From: an uncultured Candidatus Saccharibacteria bacterium
GTDB lineage: Bacteria > Patescibacteriota > Dojkabacteria > J137
Length of the DNA stretch: 64,000 nt
Reading direction: 5' to 3'
NCBI GenBank assembly: GCA_965230975.1
Contig: OZ246402.1
Span: 1,056,859-1,120,858, forward strand
Shown one piece after another: positions 48,135 through 58,371 of this stretch (position 1 is the stretch's first letter; each line of letters begins with the position of its first letter). Under the pieces are notes generated by a model. That model did no database searches. It was not told where the DNA came from and saw only the letters and a program-made list of their open reading frames with translations. The translations under genes were made by a program, and so were the position numbers.

Positions 48135-50129
48135 ATGCAGCTAACCGATTCTGTTACAACATTAAAATATATAAGTAGCAAGTACGCTTTACTATTAGAA
48201 AAGTTAGATATTTATACTGTTAAAGATCTTCTCACTTACTTTCCATTTAAATATGTAGATACATCTGAAGTCACCTCAATAAAAGATATGATCTTAAGCG
48301 AAGATTTTACCAAGGTATATCAAATATCTGGACAAATATCTTCTTTTAGAAATGGGTACTTAAGATCTCGTAGAACTCTGCAATCTGCCAAACTAACAGA
48401 TGAAACAGGCAACATAAAATGCATTTGGTTTAACCAGCCATTCTTAGAAAACGCACTTAAGGCTGGCAAGAAGTTTATATTTTCAGGTCATATAAAAAAA
48501 GGGAAGAGTGGATTTACCTTTTATCCAAATTTTTACGAAGAAATTAAAGAAGATAAAGATACCGTGCACCTTGCGAGAATAACGCCAGAATATTATTTAA
48601 CACAAGGACTTTCTAAAAAATGGTTACGAAATCGAATTAAAGAGTTAATAGATAAAATTGACCAAATTGAAATCCCCAACGAAATTGAAAGGGGAAATTT
48701 AAAAGAGTGGATCAGCAATGTTCACTTTCCAACAAGCTATAATACGCTAGACCAGTCAATAAAGAACCTTTCAATTTACGAGTTTGTAGATATTCAATTA
48801 AAAATCATAGAAGCAAAAAATCTAAGTCAAACCAAGCCGGCTGTTCAAATAAATTCATCAAACATGATGAAAGATTTTGAACACATACTAAGTGTAATAC
48901 CTTTTCAGCTTACTGTTGATCAAAAAAAAGTTGTAAACAACCTTATTCAAGGTATCTCTCAGGGAATTCTAATAAATTCTTTAGTGCAAGGAGATGTTGG
49001 TAGTGGCAAAACAATAATTGCTTTTATTTTAACTTATCTTTTGGCTAAACAAGGTTTTCAAAGTGTAATACTTGCGCCTACAACAATACTCGCTAAGCAA
49101 CACTACCTTAACTTTACAAATCTTTTAAAAGAGCAAAATATTAGCGTAGAGCTTGTATCATCTGAAAATAAAAAGTCACAAAGTGAAGATATTTTAATAG
49201 GTACATCTGCAGTGTTAGCAAGAAAGGCCAACTTAATAAAAAATTTAGGATTAGTGATAGTAGATGAACAACACCGTTTTGGCGTAAGCCAAAGAGAAGA
49301 GTTATTAAAGCCACTTGAGCAGGCTTTAGAATCTCAAAAATTTTATCCGCACTTTATTAATATGACCGCAACACCTATACCAAGAACAATTGCCCAAGCA
49401 TTATTTGGAGATGTTTTAGTTGAAACAATTAATACAAAACCTGCTGGTAGACAACCAATACAAACACTTTTGGTACCAGATGCAAAAAGAGAAGATAGTT
49501 ACAAATGGATCTCACAAAAAATTAAAGATGGAGATCAAGCTTATTGGGTGTGCCCACTAATTACAGAGTCCGAAGTTATTAGTGCTAAGTCAGCAGAAGA
49601 AGTTTTTGAAAGTTTAAAAAAAGAAAAACATTTAAAACAATTTAAAGTTGCTTTACTGCATGGCAAAATGAAAGACTCAGAAAAATCAATAATCCTTCAA
49701 GATTTTAAAGAAAAAAAGTACGATATACTTGTTTCTACAAGCGTTATAGAAGTTGGTATAGATGTAGCAAATGCTACAATTATGGTTATAGAAAATGCTG
49801 AAAGATTTGGTTTAGCGCAACTTCACCAAATCAGGGGTAGAGTTGGCAGAGGTGTTAAAGAGAGCTATTGTTTATTGTTTTTTGACAAATCTCTTAAAGC
49901 AAAAGGGATAGATAGATTAAAATTTCTTACAGAGAATGATAATGGTCTTAAAATATCTGAATTTGACCTACAAACCAGAGGTCCTGGAGAGATTTATGGT
50001 TTTAGGCAATCAGGCATTCCTAAACTTAAAATTGCCAACTTTGCCAATTTAGAACTTGTTAAAGATAGCCGAAAGATTGCAGATAAGCTTTATAATCAAG
50101 GGATTAGAAAGCTTGAACTATTCAATTAA
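48135..50129 (+). CDS. recG: ATP-dependent DNA helicase RecG
   Basis: Wedge/OB N-terminus. Helicase motifs GDVGSGKT, VIVDEQHRFGV, MTATPIPRT, HQIRGRVGRG. 664 aa. Confidence 0.85.
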   Translation: MQLTDSVTTLKYISSKYALLLEKLDIYTVKDLLTYFPFKYVDTSEVTSIKDMILSEDFTKVYQISGQISSFRNGYLRSRRTLQSAKLTDETGNIKCIWFNQPFLENALKAGKKFIFSGHIKKGKSGFTFYPNFYEEIKEDKDTVHLARITPEYYLTQGLSKKWLRNRIKELIDKIDQIEIPNEIERGNLKEWISNVHFPTSYNTLDQSIKNLSIYEFVDIQLKIIEAKNLSQTKPAVQINSSNMMKDFEHILSVIPFQLTVDQKKVVNNLIQGISQGILINSLVQGDVGSGKTIIAFILTYLLAKQGFQSVILAPTTILAKQHYLNFTNLLKEQNISVELVSSENKKSQSEDILIGTSAVLARKANLIKNLGLVIVDEQHRFGVSQREELLKPLEQALESQKFYPHFINMTATPIPRTIAQALFGDVLVETINTKPAGRQPIQTLLVPDAKREDSYKWISQKIKDGDQAYWVCPLITESEVISAKSAEEVFESLKKEKHLKQFKVALLHGKMKDSEKSIILQDFKEKKYDILVSTSVIEVGIDVANATIMVIENAERFGLAQLHQIRGRVGRGVKESYCLLFFDKSLKAKGIDRLKFLTENDNGLKISEFDLQTRGPGEIYGFRQSGIPKLKIANFANLELVKDSRKIADKLYNQGIRKLELFN

Positions 50130-50368
50130 ATAAGTCCAGAAATATTTTCTGATAACTTACCAAACATATCTTGCAAATTTTCTGCTTTAATTAAAGCTAA
50201 GACTCCTTCTGTTCCACCAAAAATAATAATCTTGTCTCCTTCTTTTATATTATATTTTAGCCTTGCTTCTTGCGGAATTACTATCTGACCCTTAATTCCA
50301 ACTACTGCGCTTCCATAAAATTCTGCACCTTTATTATCTTGATTATTTTTTTTCTTGTCTTTTTGCAT
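50126..50368 (-). CDS. AbrB/MazE/SpoVT-type swapped-hairpin DNA-binding domain protein
   Basis: GIKGQIVIPQEARLKYNIKEGDKIIIF matches the AbrB-N/SpoVT pattern. Its stop overlaps the recG stop (convergent). Confidence 0.4.
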   Translation of the reverse strand: MQKDKKKNNQDNKGAEFYGSAVVGIKGQIVIPQEARLKYNIKEGDKIIIFGGTEGVLALIKAENLQDMFGKLSENISGLI

Positions 50369-50577
50369 TTTTATTGTTCTGACTAATTAAATAGGCTGCA
50401 ATAGCTCCAACAGCCAAACTGACTGCAACTACTGCTACTGCATTTGTTTTTTGCTTTTTCTTCATTCTTATTACATATATTAAATAATATTTTGATTTAT
50501 TTTTTAATTATACTTGACATTTGAGAATATTACCAGTTATTATCAGTCATACTAGTAATACTTATTATACTAAATTT

Positions 50578-51045
50578 ATGGATAGTACATTTACACAAAA
50601 GCCGAATATGGAAAACATAATTGGCAATTTAGGGGAGTTATTTCAAGCAATATTGCAAGCACTTTCAAAAAACCAAGAGGTTATACTAGAGAGCGGAGCA
50701 GAGTCGATTAATCAAGGGTTACATACATTTGCACAAAAATTAAAACCACATGTTGCTACAATAGTAAATGATGTAGGACAATCATTGCCCCCTAGAGAAT
50801 CTGATATTTACTCTTTAGTTAACAGCATGCTTGGTGACCCCGGAAATAACTTGTTTAAGAAAATAAGAAATAAGGCAATTTCGTGGATAGGGTCAAGAGG
50901 AATTAAAATGGCATCTAGCTTCTTAAGCAGCAAAATTGAAAACATTTCTGATTCTAACATGCCAAATCAAAGAACAGTTACCAGTAGTTCGTTAGAAAGA
51001 ATTTTTGAGAATCTACTATTTTCTTTATCAAGAATAATAAATTAA
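50578..51045 (+). CDS. hypothetical protein
   Basis: ORF track starts at TTG 50521; the first ATG (MDSTFTQK) is at 50578; no motifs. Confidence 0.3.
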   Translation: MDSTFTQKPNMENIIGNLGELFQAILQALSKNQEVILESGAESINQGLHTFAQKLKPHVATIVNDVGQSLPPRESDIYSLVNSMLGDPGNNLFKKIRNKAISWIGSRGIKMASSFLSSKIENISDSNMPNQRTVTSSSLERIFENLLFSLSRIIN

Positions 51046-51081
51046 AGAAACCAATTATTTAGTTATTAAAAAATTTTTAAT

Positions 51082-51501
51082 ATGAGCAAAGATAAATTAG
51101 TTTTTGGGAAACTCTTAAGATTTTCACTTTATCTGCTAGATAATGAATTTACAACCAGCAAAAAAGAAGAAGTATTAGAGGTGTTTTCAAGTAATCTAAT
51201 AGATTTTATGAGAGATACTATACTTATTAACCTCAAGGCAGAAGATATTAAGATATTTACTGCAAATCTTGAAAGATACCCTAAAGCAGAAGAATTTGAA
51301 ATTCTTATTGAGAATGTATTAGATAAGGATAGTTCTTTTGCAGTAATAAACAGATTCTTAATAGAATTCGTATTGTTGTATATTAAAAATTCTAAAAAGG
51401 AGTTTCTGAACGAAATTTATAGTGCCAGCATGTACTATCAGTTTGAAGATGATTTAATTTCATCAACAAATACTAGGTTTATTTCCGCTTTAAATGCGTA
51501 A
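51082..51501 (+). CDS. hypothetical protein
   Basis: 139-aa ORF; no motifs. Confidence 0.3.
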   Translation: MSKDKLVFGKLLRFSLYLLDNEFTTSKKEEVLEVFSSNLIDFMRDTILINLKAEDIKIFTANLERYPKAEEFEILIENVLDKDSSFAVINRFLIEFVLLYIKNSKKEFLNEIYSASMYYQFEDDLISSTNTRFISALNA

Positions 51502-51584
51502 AACATACCATGGTTTGCTTGGTTTAAATTGAGTTATTTATGCAAATAAACTAGAATCGTTTTATTGCTATTAAATTTTAACCT

Positions 51585-52097
51585 ATGAACTCAATACCAA
51601 CTTCTAGAGTTGATACCAATTCAAAAGATAATTTTAAATACGAAGTAAATAATATAGTTGAGGGGATAAGGGATTTATCAATTGTCATGAATAAATTTGC
51701 AGATGATTTACTTAAATTGTATCAATCAGAAGCCTATCCTTCTCATATACGTTTAATTCTTAGAGCAACTCTAGTTAGTTCTGCTGACAGAACTTTATCT
51801 ACAACAAAGAATATAAATGAATTACTGCCTTCTTTAGAGGATTTGAATAATGCTAGCAGAATACTAAAACTCCTTAACAGAATTTATACTCACTTAAACT
51901 CACACAAGAATCAGATAGAAAGCTTGCGGGTTATTGATTCCAAACATTTTGAATTAATTTCAAATCAATACTATGTACTTATAGAAATAGTAAAAAATTT
52001 AATAGATTTTTTAGTAAATCAAGGAATCACACCAGAACAAGAAGACCCTCTGCCACAACCAAGGCCAATACAGTCTCTTATTATAGTCGAAGCCTAG
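51585..52097 (+). CDS. hypothetical protein
   Basis: 170-aa ORF; no motifs. Confidence 0.3.
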   Translation: MNSIPTSRVDTNSKDNFKYEVNNIVEGIRDLSIVMNKFADDLLKLYQSEAYPSHIRLILRATLVSSADRTLSTTKNINELLPSLEDLNNASRILKLLNRIYTHLNSHKNQIESLRVIDSKHFELISNQYYVLIEIVKNLIDFLVNQGITPEQEDPLPQPRPIQSLIIVEA

Positions 52098-52168
52098 AAT
52101 CTTAGGATTTATACAAAAATAAAATACTGCTATAATCCATCAGATAATCAAATCAGGCAGTTAAATAT

Positions 52169-52642
52169 ATGTTAAAAACAAGAAAACACGAAAAAGATAT
52201 TATTGTTATTTTAGATAATATTAGGTCTGCATATAACGTCGGTGCTATTTTAAGAACCGCCGACGGTGCAGGGGTTAAAAAAGTATATATTTGTGGTATT
52301 TCACCTACAGCTCAACACCCAAAAGTCACAAAAACGGCTCTTGGAGCAGAGGGATTTGTTGAATCTAAATACTTTTCAACAACTAAAGAAGCAATTGAAA
52401 GTGCAAAAGCAGAGGGGTACTTAGTATGTGCAGTAGAGCAATCTAAAGACTCTGTCTCGGTAGAAGAGGTAAAAGAAGAGGGTAGGTTGTGTCTAATTTT
52501 TGGTAACGAAATAACCGGTGTAGAACTTCCGACACTGGAAATTTGTAACAAAATACTAGAAATTCCAATGTTTGGACAAAAAAACTCACTTAATGTAGCA
52601 ACAACAGCAGGAATAGTTTTATATTATCTAGTATTAGATTAA
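52169..52642 (+). CDS. SpoU/TrmH-family (SPOUT) RNA 2'-O-methyltransferase, TrmL-like size
   Basis: IVILDNIRSAYNVGAILRTADGAGV (motif 1), LIFGNEITGV, and the C-terminal knot region NSLNVATTAGIVLY. Confidence 0.65.
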   Translation: MLKTRKHEKDIIVILDNIRSAYNVGAILRTADGAGVKKVYICGISPTAQHPKVTKTALGAEGFVESKYFSTTKEAIESAKAEGYLVCAVEQSKDSVSVEEVKEEGRLCLIFGNEITGVELPTLEICNKILEIPMFGQKNSLNVATTAGIVLYYLVLD

Positions 52643-52651
52643 AATATATTC

Positions 52652-53194
52652 ATGGATAACAACCCAAGAATAATTCAAGGCAAATACAAGGGTAGAAAGT
52701 TAAAAGTCCCCCCAGAAGGCACTAGACCATTCACAGACAGAGTAAAAAAGACACTTTTTGATATCTTACAAGGTCAAGTTGAAGGTAAAACAGTCCTAGA
52801 CTTATTTGCTGGTTCTGGCAATCTTGGTTTAGAAGCACTAAGCGCAGATGCGGCTCACGTTACATTCGTAGACGATTCAATGGATGCGATTAAGTCCATT
52901 TCAGAAAACATTAAAATAATGCAGTTGGAGCATTATACAAACGTTATAAAAATTGACTATAAAAAGTTTATAAAAGATAACAAAGAGGCTTTTGACATAA
53001 TATTCATAGACCCTCCATTTAAACTAATTAAGAAATTAAACTTTGAAGACTTCTTATCTCTAATGCACCAAGACACTTTAATAATTTTTAAAAGTAATAA
53101 TCAGCTTAACAAAGCCGAACTCCCACTTGAAACAGTAGATGAAAGAAAAATCGGCATAAATTACTTATATTTCTTAAAAAAGAGGCATGAATAA
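52652..53194 (+). CDS. rsmD: 16S rRNA (guanine966-N2)-methyltransferase RsmD-like
   Basis: VLDLFAGSGNLGLEALS (motif I) and IIFIDPPF (DPPF/DPPY motif IV). 180 aa. Confidence 0.65.
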   Translation: MDNNPRIIQGKYKGRKLKVPPEGTRPFTDRVKKTLFDILQGQVEGKTVLDLFAGSGNLGLEALSADAAHVTFVDDSMDAIKSISENIKIMQLEHYTNVIKIDYKKFIKDNKEAFDIIFIDPPFKLIKKLNFEDFLSLMHQDTLIIFKSNNQLNKAELPLETVDERKIGINYLYFLKKRHE

Positions 53195-53765
53195 TAAAAA
53201 TGCGATTTTATTACATGGAACTTGTGACAAAGAAGAATACTTTAACAGCCAATATCCATCCTTATCTAATAGTCATTGGTTTCCATGGCTTCAAAAACAA
53301 TTGATAATAAATGGAATATCTACGCAAACACCAGAAATAACAGAGGCTTACAGTCCCAATTATGCAGTTTGGAAACAGGAATTTGAAAGATACAGTATTA
53401 ACGAAAATACAATTTTAGTAGGGCATAGTTGTGGCGGAGGATTCCTAGTTAGATGGCTAAGTGAAACCGACATAAAAGTTAATAAAGTAATACTTGTAGC
53501 TCCTTGGCTTGACCCTAACAGAGTAAAAACTACAGATTTCTTTAATTTTAAAATAGATTCAAAAATCCTAGAAAGAGCTAACAGCATAACAATATTCACT
53601 TCTGAAAATGACGAATCTGACATATTAGAATCAGTCAGATTAATTAAGGGCTCCATACCCAGCATTCCAGTTGTCAGTTTTAAAAATCACGGACATTTCA
53701 CCTTCGAAGATATGGGAAGTGTAGAGTTTACAGAGTTACTTGAAGAGATCAAAAAGCAGGCTTAG
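53187..53765 (+). CDS. alpha/beta hydrolase, YdeN/RBBP9-type serine hydrolase family
   Basis: ILVGHSCGG is the nucleophile elbow. C-terminal FKNHGHF is the His region. 192 aa. Confidence 0.5.
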   Translation: MNNKNAILLHGTCDKEEYFNSQYPSLSNSHWFPWLQKQLIINGISTQTPEITEAYSPNYAVWKQEFERYSINENTILVGHSCGGGFLVRWLSETDIKVNKVILVAPWLDPNRVKTTDFFNFKIDSKILERANSITIFTSENDESDILESVRLIKGSIPSIPVVSFKNHGHFTFEDMGSVEFTELLEEIKKQA

Positions 53766-53922
53766 AATAAAGAAATACAGAGCTCTATAATTCTAATAAA
53801 TTTATAGCTTCAAATAATTAAAGATGCTAAAATACCAGGTGATACAGTTAATCAGTAGTAAATCTAAAAACTTGGAATTAGCACTGATAGAACTGTAATA
53901 TTTAAATTTTAAAGAAGAAATC

Positions 53923-54138
53923 ATGGCAGCAACACCAAAACACAGAAGATCCGCATCAAAGAAAAGATCTACAAGAGCTTCAAACAGATACGATGTATTA
54001 TTAAATAAAGCTAGAGTAGTAAAGAAAAACGGCGGGGCAATTGTTCATAAAGATAAAAAGACAGGTGCAATTCACCCAAGCCACACTGTTTCAAAAGAAA
54101 ACCCAGAATACAAAGGTAGAAAATTCGTAACTAAATAA
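53923..54138 (+). CDS. rpmF: 50S ribosomal protein L32
   Basis: MAATPKHRRSASKKRSTRASNRYD...YKGRKFVTK is the typical L32 pattern (MAVPK.RTSKS... and a C-terminal GRKV). Confidence 0.65.
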   Translation: MAATPKHRRSASKKRSTRASNRYDVLLNKARVVKKNGGAIVHKDKKTGAIHPSHTVSKENPEYKGRKFVTK

Positions 54139-54149
54139 GCCTTAACAAA

Positions 54150-54638
54150 ATGAGTGATACTCAAGATCAAACTCAACTTAAGGATCCACGACATTTAGCC
54201 AGGTTATTGGCTTTACAATACCTATATTCAAAATATTTTGCTCAAAAATATGACATTGCAAATAATGTCTTTGAACCACAAACACTTTTGGAAGCTATTG
54301 ATGAAAGCAAGTTTGATAAAAACTTGTACATAAAAATAATAGACGGGGTAGAAAAATACCAAAAAATCATAGACGACATAATTCAAGAAATGGCACCTCA
54401 ATGGCCTTTAGAACAACTAAACCCAATAAACCTAATAATCTTAAGAATATCTATTTGGGAAGGCTTTATTGGAGATATAACACCTCCAAAGGTAGCAATT
54501 AATGAGGCAATAGAACTAGACAAAGCACTTTCTACAGTCTCAAATAGTGCATTTATCAATGGAGTATTAGGTAATATTTATGCAGACCAAAATCTACAAA
54601 AAAGATTAAAAGATCAACTAGAACAAAACTATGGATAA
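54150..54638 (+). CDS. nusB: transcription antitermination factor NusB
   Basis: RHLARLLALQYLYS, and EAIELDKALSTVSNSAFINGVLGNI is a NusB C-terminal helix pattern. Confidence 0.7.
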   Translation: MSDTQDQTQLKDPRHLARLLALQYLYSKYFAQKYDIANNVFEPQTLLEAIDESKFDKNLYIKIIDGVEKYQKIIDDIIQEMAPQWPLEQLNPINLIILRISIWEGFIGDITPPKVAINEAIELDKALSTVSNSAFINGVLGNIYADQNLQKRLKDQLEQNYG

Positions 54639-55347
54639 TCTATCAAAATTAGAACAATTATCCCAAATAATTGGGGTTAAATTTAATAACTGGAATCTTT
54701 TAACAGAAGCTCTAACCCACAGATCTTATGTAAACGAGCATAAAGAAGAATCACTCTCTCATAACGAAAGGTTAGAGTTTTTAGGAGATGCTGTTTTAGA
54801 ACTTTCAATAACCAAGTTTCTATTCAATACCTATTCAGATTTCATGGAAGGTGATTTAACTAGCTTTAGAGCAGCACTTGTAAAAACAGAAAGTTTAGCA
54901 GAAGAAGCCCTTAGACTAAATTTTGGTGATTTTTTATTAATGAGTAAAGGAGAGGAATCAACAGGCGGAAGGGAGAGACAATATATATTAGCTAACTCTG
55001 TAGAAGCAATTATTGGAGCAATTTATCAAGACCAAGGTTTTGATGTTGCAGATGAATTTATTTTGAAAAATATAGCATACAAGGCAGATAAAATAATCCA
55101 AAACAGAAGTGATATTGATTCTAAATCAAAACTACAAGAAATAACACAAGAAGGGTTTAAAATAACCCCTAACTACCAATTAATAAGTGCTAAAGGGCCG
55201 GATCATAATAAAATTTTTGAAATGGGTGCATACCTAGGTGACAAATTAATGGCCAGCGGAACAGGCAAAAGCAAACAAGAAGCAGAACAAAATGCGGCAA
55301 AAAAGGTTATTGAAAATTGGGAAGCTATAAAAACCAAACTAAGTTAA
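54631..55347 (+). CDS. rnc: ribonuclease III
   Basis: RNase III signature ERLEFLGDAVLEL. Catalytic E/D in ANSVEAIIGAIY. C-terminal dsRBD (KSKLQEITQ...GPDHNKIFEM...GTGKSKQEAEQNAAKK). Confidence 0.9.
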   Translation: MDNLSKLEQLSQIIGVKFNNWNLLTEALTHRSYVNEHKEESLSHNERLEFLGDAVLELSITKFLFNTYSDFMEGDLTSFRAALVKTESLAEEALRLNFGDFLLMSKGEESTGGRERQYILANSVEAIIGAIYQDQGFDVADEFILKNIAYKADKIIQNRSDIDSKSKLQEITQEGFKITPNYQLISAKGPDHNKIFEMGAYLGDKLMASGTGKSKQEAEQNAAKKVIENWEAIKTKLS

Positions 55348-55450
55348 CTTTTACCTTTTTTGCCGCCGATATTGCGAATTATCGCCTAATTTGTTAATAT
55401 ACAAAGCACAATTTCGCGTTTTATACTTTTAATTTTGTAAATTTTAAAAC

Positions 55451-55768
55451 ATGGTAAAGATAAGATTAAGCAGAGTAGGTAGAAAGAATTTAGCTCATTA
55501 TAGAGTTGTTGCTGTACAGGCTAGAGAAAAACGAGATACCAATGCAATTGAATTGCTAGGACATTATTCTCCATTTACAAAAGAATTAGTATTAAATGAA
55601 GAAAGAATTAAATACTGGTTATCTGTAGGTGCACAACCAACAGAAGTTGTAAAAAACTGGTTAATTAAAAAGAATTTAATAGAAGCTCCAAAAAACAAAA
55701 GAACTTATGCTAAAAAAGGTGGAAAGCAAAACGAAGAAAGAAAAGCAAAAGAGGTTGTAGCACAGTAA
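55451..55768 (+). CDS. rpsP: 30S ribosomal protein S16
   Basis: MVKIRLSRVGRKNLAHYRVVAVQAREKRD is a canonical S16 N-terminus. Confidence 0.85.
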   Translation: MVKIRLSRVGRKNLAHYRVVAVQAREKRDTNAIELLGHYSPFTKELVLNEERIKYWLSVGAQPTEVVKNWLIKKNLIEAPKNKRTYAKKGGKQNEERKAKEVVAQ

Positions 55769-55793
55769 TTCTATTCTAAAATAAACTTTAAAA

Positions 55794-55823
55794 GAACCCC
55801 GATAATTATCGGGGTTCTTTTTT
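55794..55823. terminator. bidirectional intrinsic terminator between rpsP and the convergent pilO
   Basis: gaaccccgata-att-atcggggttc followed by tttttt; the opposite strand is also T-rich. Confidence 0.75.
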
Positions 55824-55981
55824 ACCTATCCTTTTAAATTTCTGTGTAATTTGTTGAATATGTAAGTAAATCTGCAAATATATTTAGATTGAATTATCTT
55901 TATAATGAGTAATTGCTAAAAACTAAATCAATTTAGTAAATTATAGACTGGAGCAGAGCAATGGAGTATTAAGTTGAAGAT

Positions 55982-56680
55982 CTATAAAATCTTACTTTCA
56001 ATATACTTTAATACAACATCATTAATTTTTGAATCTACTGGAACTTGCAAATATTGCTCTTTTAAGAGCTGTTCATTTGCAATATTAAATTGATATTTAT
56101 CTATTCTTAATCTTAAAGTAGTGATTTGAACATTATTTACAGCAGCTCCAGTTAACTCCATTTCTCGTACAATTACAAAGTCATCTATAGAACTCAAATC
56201 TGATATAAAGCTTAGTGTATTTTGATAATTGCCGTTAATTTCAAAAAAGAATGGGATTTCTAGTAAACTTAAACCCATATAATTTATATTTTGAGCGTTG
56301 GTATTTATATCTGACTCACTTAATCTTTGAGTTACTATTGTTAAAGAGTTGGATTTAATTAAATTAGTAATTTTGTCTCTAAAGGCAACCACCTGGGAAC
56401 TTTCGGTTGGAGCAGTTTGGTCTATAATTCTTAGTTGTGCAAGTGAAAGATTGCTATTTTGGCTTAATAAATCTAGTGATTTCAGTTGTTCATTTTTCGA
56501 ATCTGCAGTTTTAGAAAGAATAGATATCTCATCTAAGCTTTTAAATATTTCATTGACTTTTGGAACAACCAAAAACAAAACAATCCCTAAAAATCCAAGT
56601 ACAGATAATAAAGGTACTATATAAAACTTTAACACCCTTTTATAAGCTAACTTTTGTTCTAGTTTTAAAGTTCGATCCAC
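55982..56680 (-). CDS. pilO: type IV pilus assembly protein PilO-like
   Basis: N-terminal TM (FYIVPLLSVLGFLGIVLFLVV) followed by a coiled-coil and a periplasmic domain. Position is after pilM and pilN. Confidence 0.5.
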   Translation of the reverse strand: MDRTLKLEQKLAYKRVLKFYIVPLLSVLGFLGIVLFLVVPKVNEIFKSLDEISILSKTADSKNEQLKSLDLLSQNSNLSLAQLRIIDQTAPTESSQVVAFRDKITNLIKSNSLTIVTQRLSESDINTNAQNINYMGLSLLEIPFFFEINGNYQNTLSFISDLSSIDDFVIVREMELTGAAVNNVQITTLRLRIDKYQFNIANEQLLKEQYLQVPVDSKINDVVLKYIESKIL

Positions 56681-56681
56681 T

Positions 56682-57239
56682 TTATATATTTGTTAATTTA
56701 AATGAAATAGTGCAGTTTACAGTTGATAATTTACTTTGCTGGGATAGATTTCTAATAATAAAATGTTCAATTGAATCTATTTGTGATGCATTAGCTGATA
56801 TTTTATTAACCTCAGCATAAGTGTTCATAATTAAGGTAACTTCAAAAACACCATCTAATTGTCTGGCATATTTTGTAATAATAGTACCCTCGCTACCTTC
56901 AACTAATTTATTTGCCACTTCAATTAACTTTGTTAATTTAATATCTTGTTCAACAATTGGACTTAATGCGCTTGATTTAACAAATAACTCGCCATTAATT
57001 TGCTTTATTCCGTTATACCCTAAAATCCTTGAATCTAATTGACTAACTACAGTTTCTAAGTTAGCTTTCCTTGTATCAATTAAGAGTAATTTACCTATAG
57101 AAAATACCGCAAATATTACTACTGCAAAAAGTATTAGCAGGGTAGCATAAAGAACTGAATTATCGCGTTCTTCTATAGAAGCTATCTCTTCTTTAGATTT
57201 TGGTGGTAATAGATTAAAAGTAATAGCTTTATTGCTCAT
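56682..57239 (-). CDS. pilN: type IV pilus assembly protein PilN-like
   Basis: Short cytoplasmic N-terminus, a single TM (YATLLILFAVVIFAVFSI), then a coiled coil. Overlaps the pilM stop. Confidence 0.55.
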   Translation of the reverse strand: MSNKAITFNLLPPKSKEEIASIEERDNSVLYATLLILFAVVIFAVFSIGKLLLIDTRKANLETVVSQLDSRILGYNGIKQINGELFVKSSALSPIVEQDIKLTKLIEVANKLVEGSEGTIITKYARQLDGVFEVTLIMNTYAEVNKISANASQIDSIEHFIIRNLSQQSKLSTVNCTISFKLTNI

Positions 57240-58285
57240 AAAATTCCTTTTAAGGCCAACCCAATAGATACATTAAATGAATTAATAGAATTAGGATTAA
57301 AAACCTGACTTGATTGTGGGTCTACTTCTAGATTTTTTATTGGATTTACAACTTCTGTAGCTATATTAAATTTTTGGTTAACAAATTTATCAAGCCAGTT
57401 TAAATGTGCACCACCTCCAGTTAAATATATTTTTTGTATTTCCTTTCCGCCAATTTTATCTTTGTAATAATTTATAGTTCTTTCAACTTCACTCATCATT
57501 ATTTGCATAATAGGGTCTATTGATTTAGCAATTTTACCCTCTCCTTCATTAGGATTCATTCCATAAGCTAATTTATACTTTTCTGCCAGTTGCATGTCGA
57601 TCCCATAATCTGCTGCAATTACTTTCGTGAAAGCGTCAGAACCTGTGCCTATACTTTGTGAAAATATTACGACTCCATTTCTGGAAAGTATTAAGCTTGT
57701 GCTATCAGCACCCATATCAATAATTAATGCATCTGAATTTTGTGGCATAGAGTAGTTGTGTTGAACCATTCTTGCAATAGCCAATGCCTCTGTTTCAACT
57801 GCCAGTAAGTTTAAGCCTGTATTTTCAACTACAAGTTGCAACCTAGAAATTAGTTGCTTTGGAGCCGCAACAACATACCAATTAACCATCTGCTTGCCTT
57901 CAGATTCGAAACTATTGATTTCTAAAAAAGAAACATTTACATTATCTAGAGGTATTGGAACTAGTGGCTTTAAAGCATAGTTAATAGCATCATTAATATC
58001 TTTCTCATCTAATCTTGGCAGAGTTATTAGTCTTGAAAAAACTGAAACTTCTGGTACAGATATTACGCAATTCTTTGTAGTCAAATTGCCCGATTTCACT
58101 GCCTTTCCAATTTCTTTAGATAGAGTAGTAACCCCTTCTTCAGAATCGTTTTCCAACAGGCCTACAGCAGTAGGCATTCTATATGCGTTTACAATTCTTA
58201 GTTTATTCGCTTCATTTTTTACTTGAACTAATTTAATAGAATCATGCCCAAGGTTTAATCCAAAAAATTCAGGTAAATTCGCCAT
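57236..58285 (-). CDS. pilM: type IV pilus assembly ATPase-like protein PilM (actin-like fold)
   Basis: Actin/FtsA-like phosphate motifs (GLNLGHDSIKLV; IIDMGADSTSLIL; IYLTGGGAHL). 349 aa. Confidence 0.75.
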   Translation of the reverse strand: MANLPEFFGLNLGHDSIKLVQVKNEANKLRIVNAYRMPTAVGLLENDSEEGVTTLSKEIGKAVKSGNLTTKNCVISVPEVSVFSRLITLPRLDEKDINDAINYALKPLVPIPLDNVNVSFLEINSFESEGKQMVNWYVVAAPKQLISRLQLVVENTGLNLLAVETEALAIARMVQHNYSMPQNSDALIIDMGADSTSLILSRNGVVIFSQSIGTGSDAFTKVIAADYGIDMQLAEKYKLAYGMNPNEGEGKIAKSIDPIMQIMMSEVERTINYYKDKIGGKEIQKIYLTGGGAHLNWLDKFVNQKFNIATEVVNPIKNLEVDPQSSQVFNPNSINSFNVSIGLALKGIL

Positions 58286-58371
58286 TTTTTTATTCTAATA
58301 AATATGTCCTACTCAATTTATACATAAACATAATAATGTAGTTTCAATGCGAATTCAATTAAACTTATGAG

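Noticed and set aside
52312-52551. 79-aa minus-strand ORF within the SpoU methyltransferase gene
   Set aside because: Antisense shadow ORF inside a gene with clear SPOUT motifs.
56349-57042. Plus-strand ORFs (56349-56624, 56560-56820, 56821-57042) overlapping pilO and pilN
   Set aside because: Antisense to well-supported pilus genes; no motifs; spurious.
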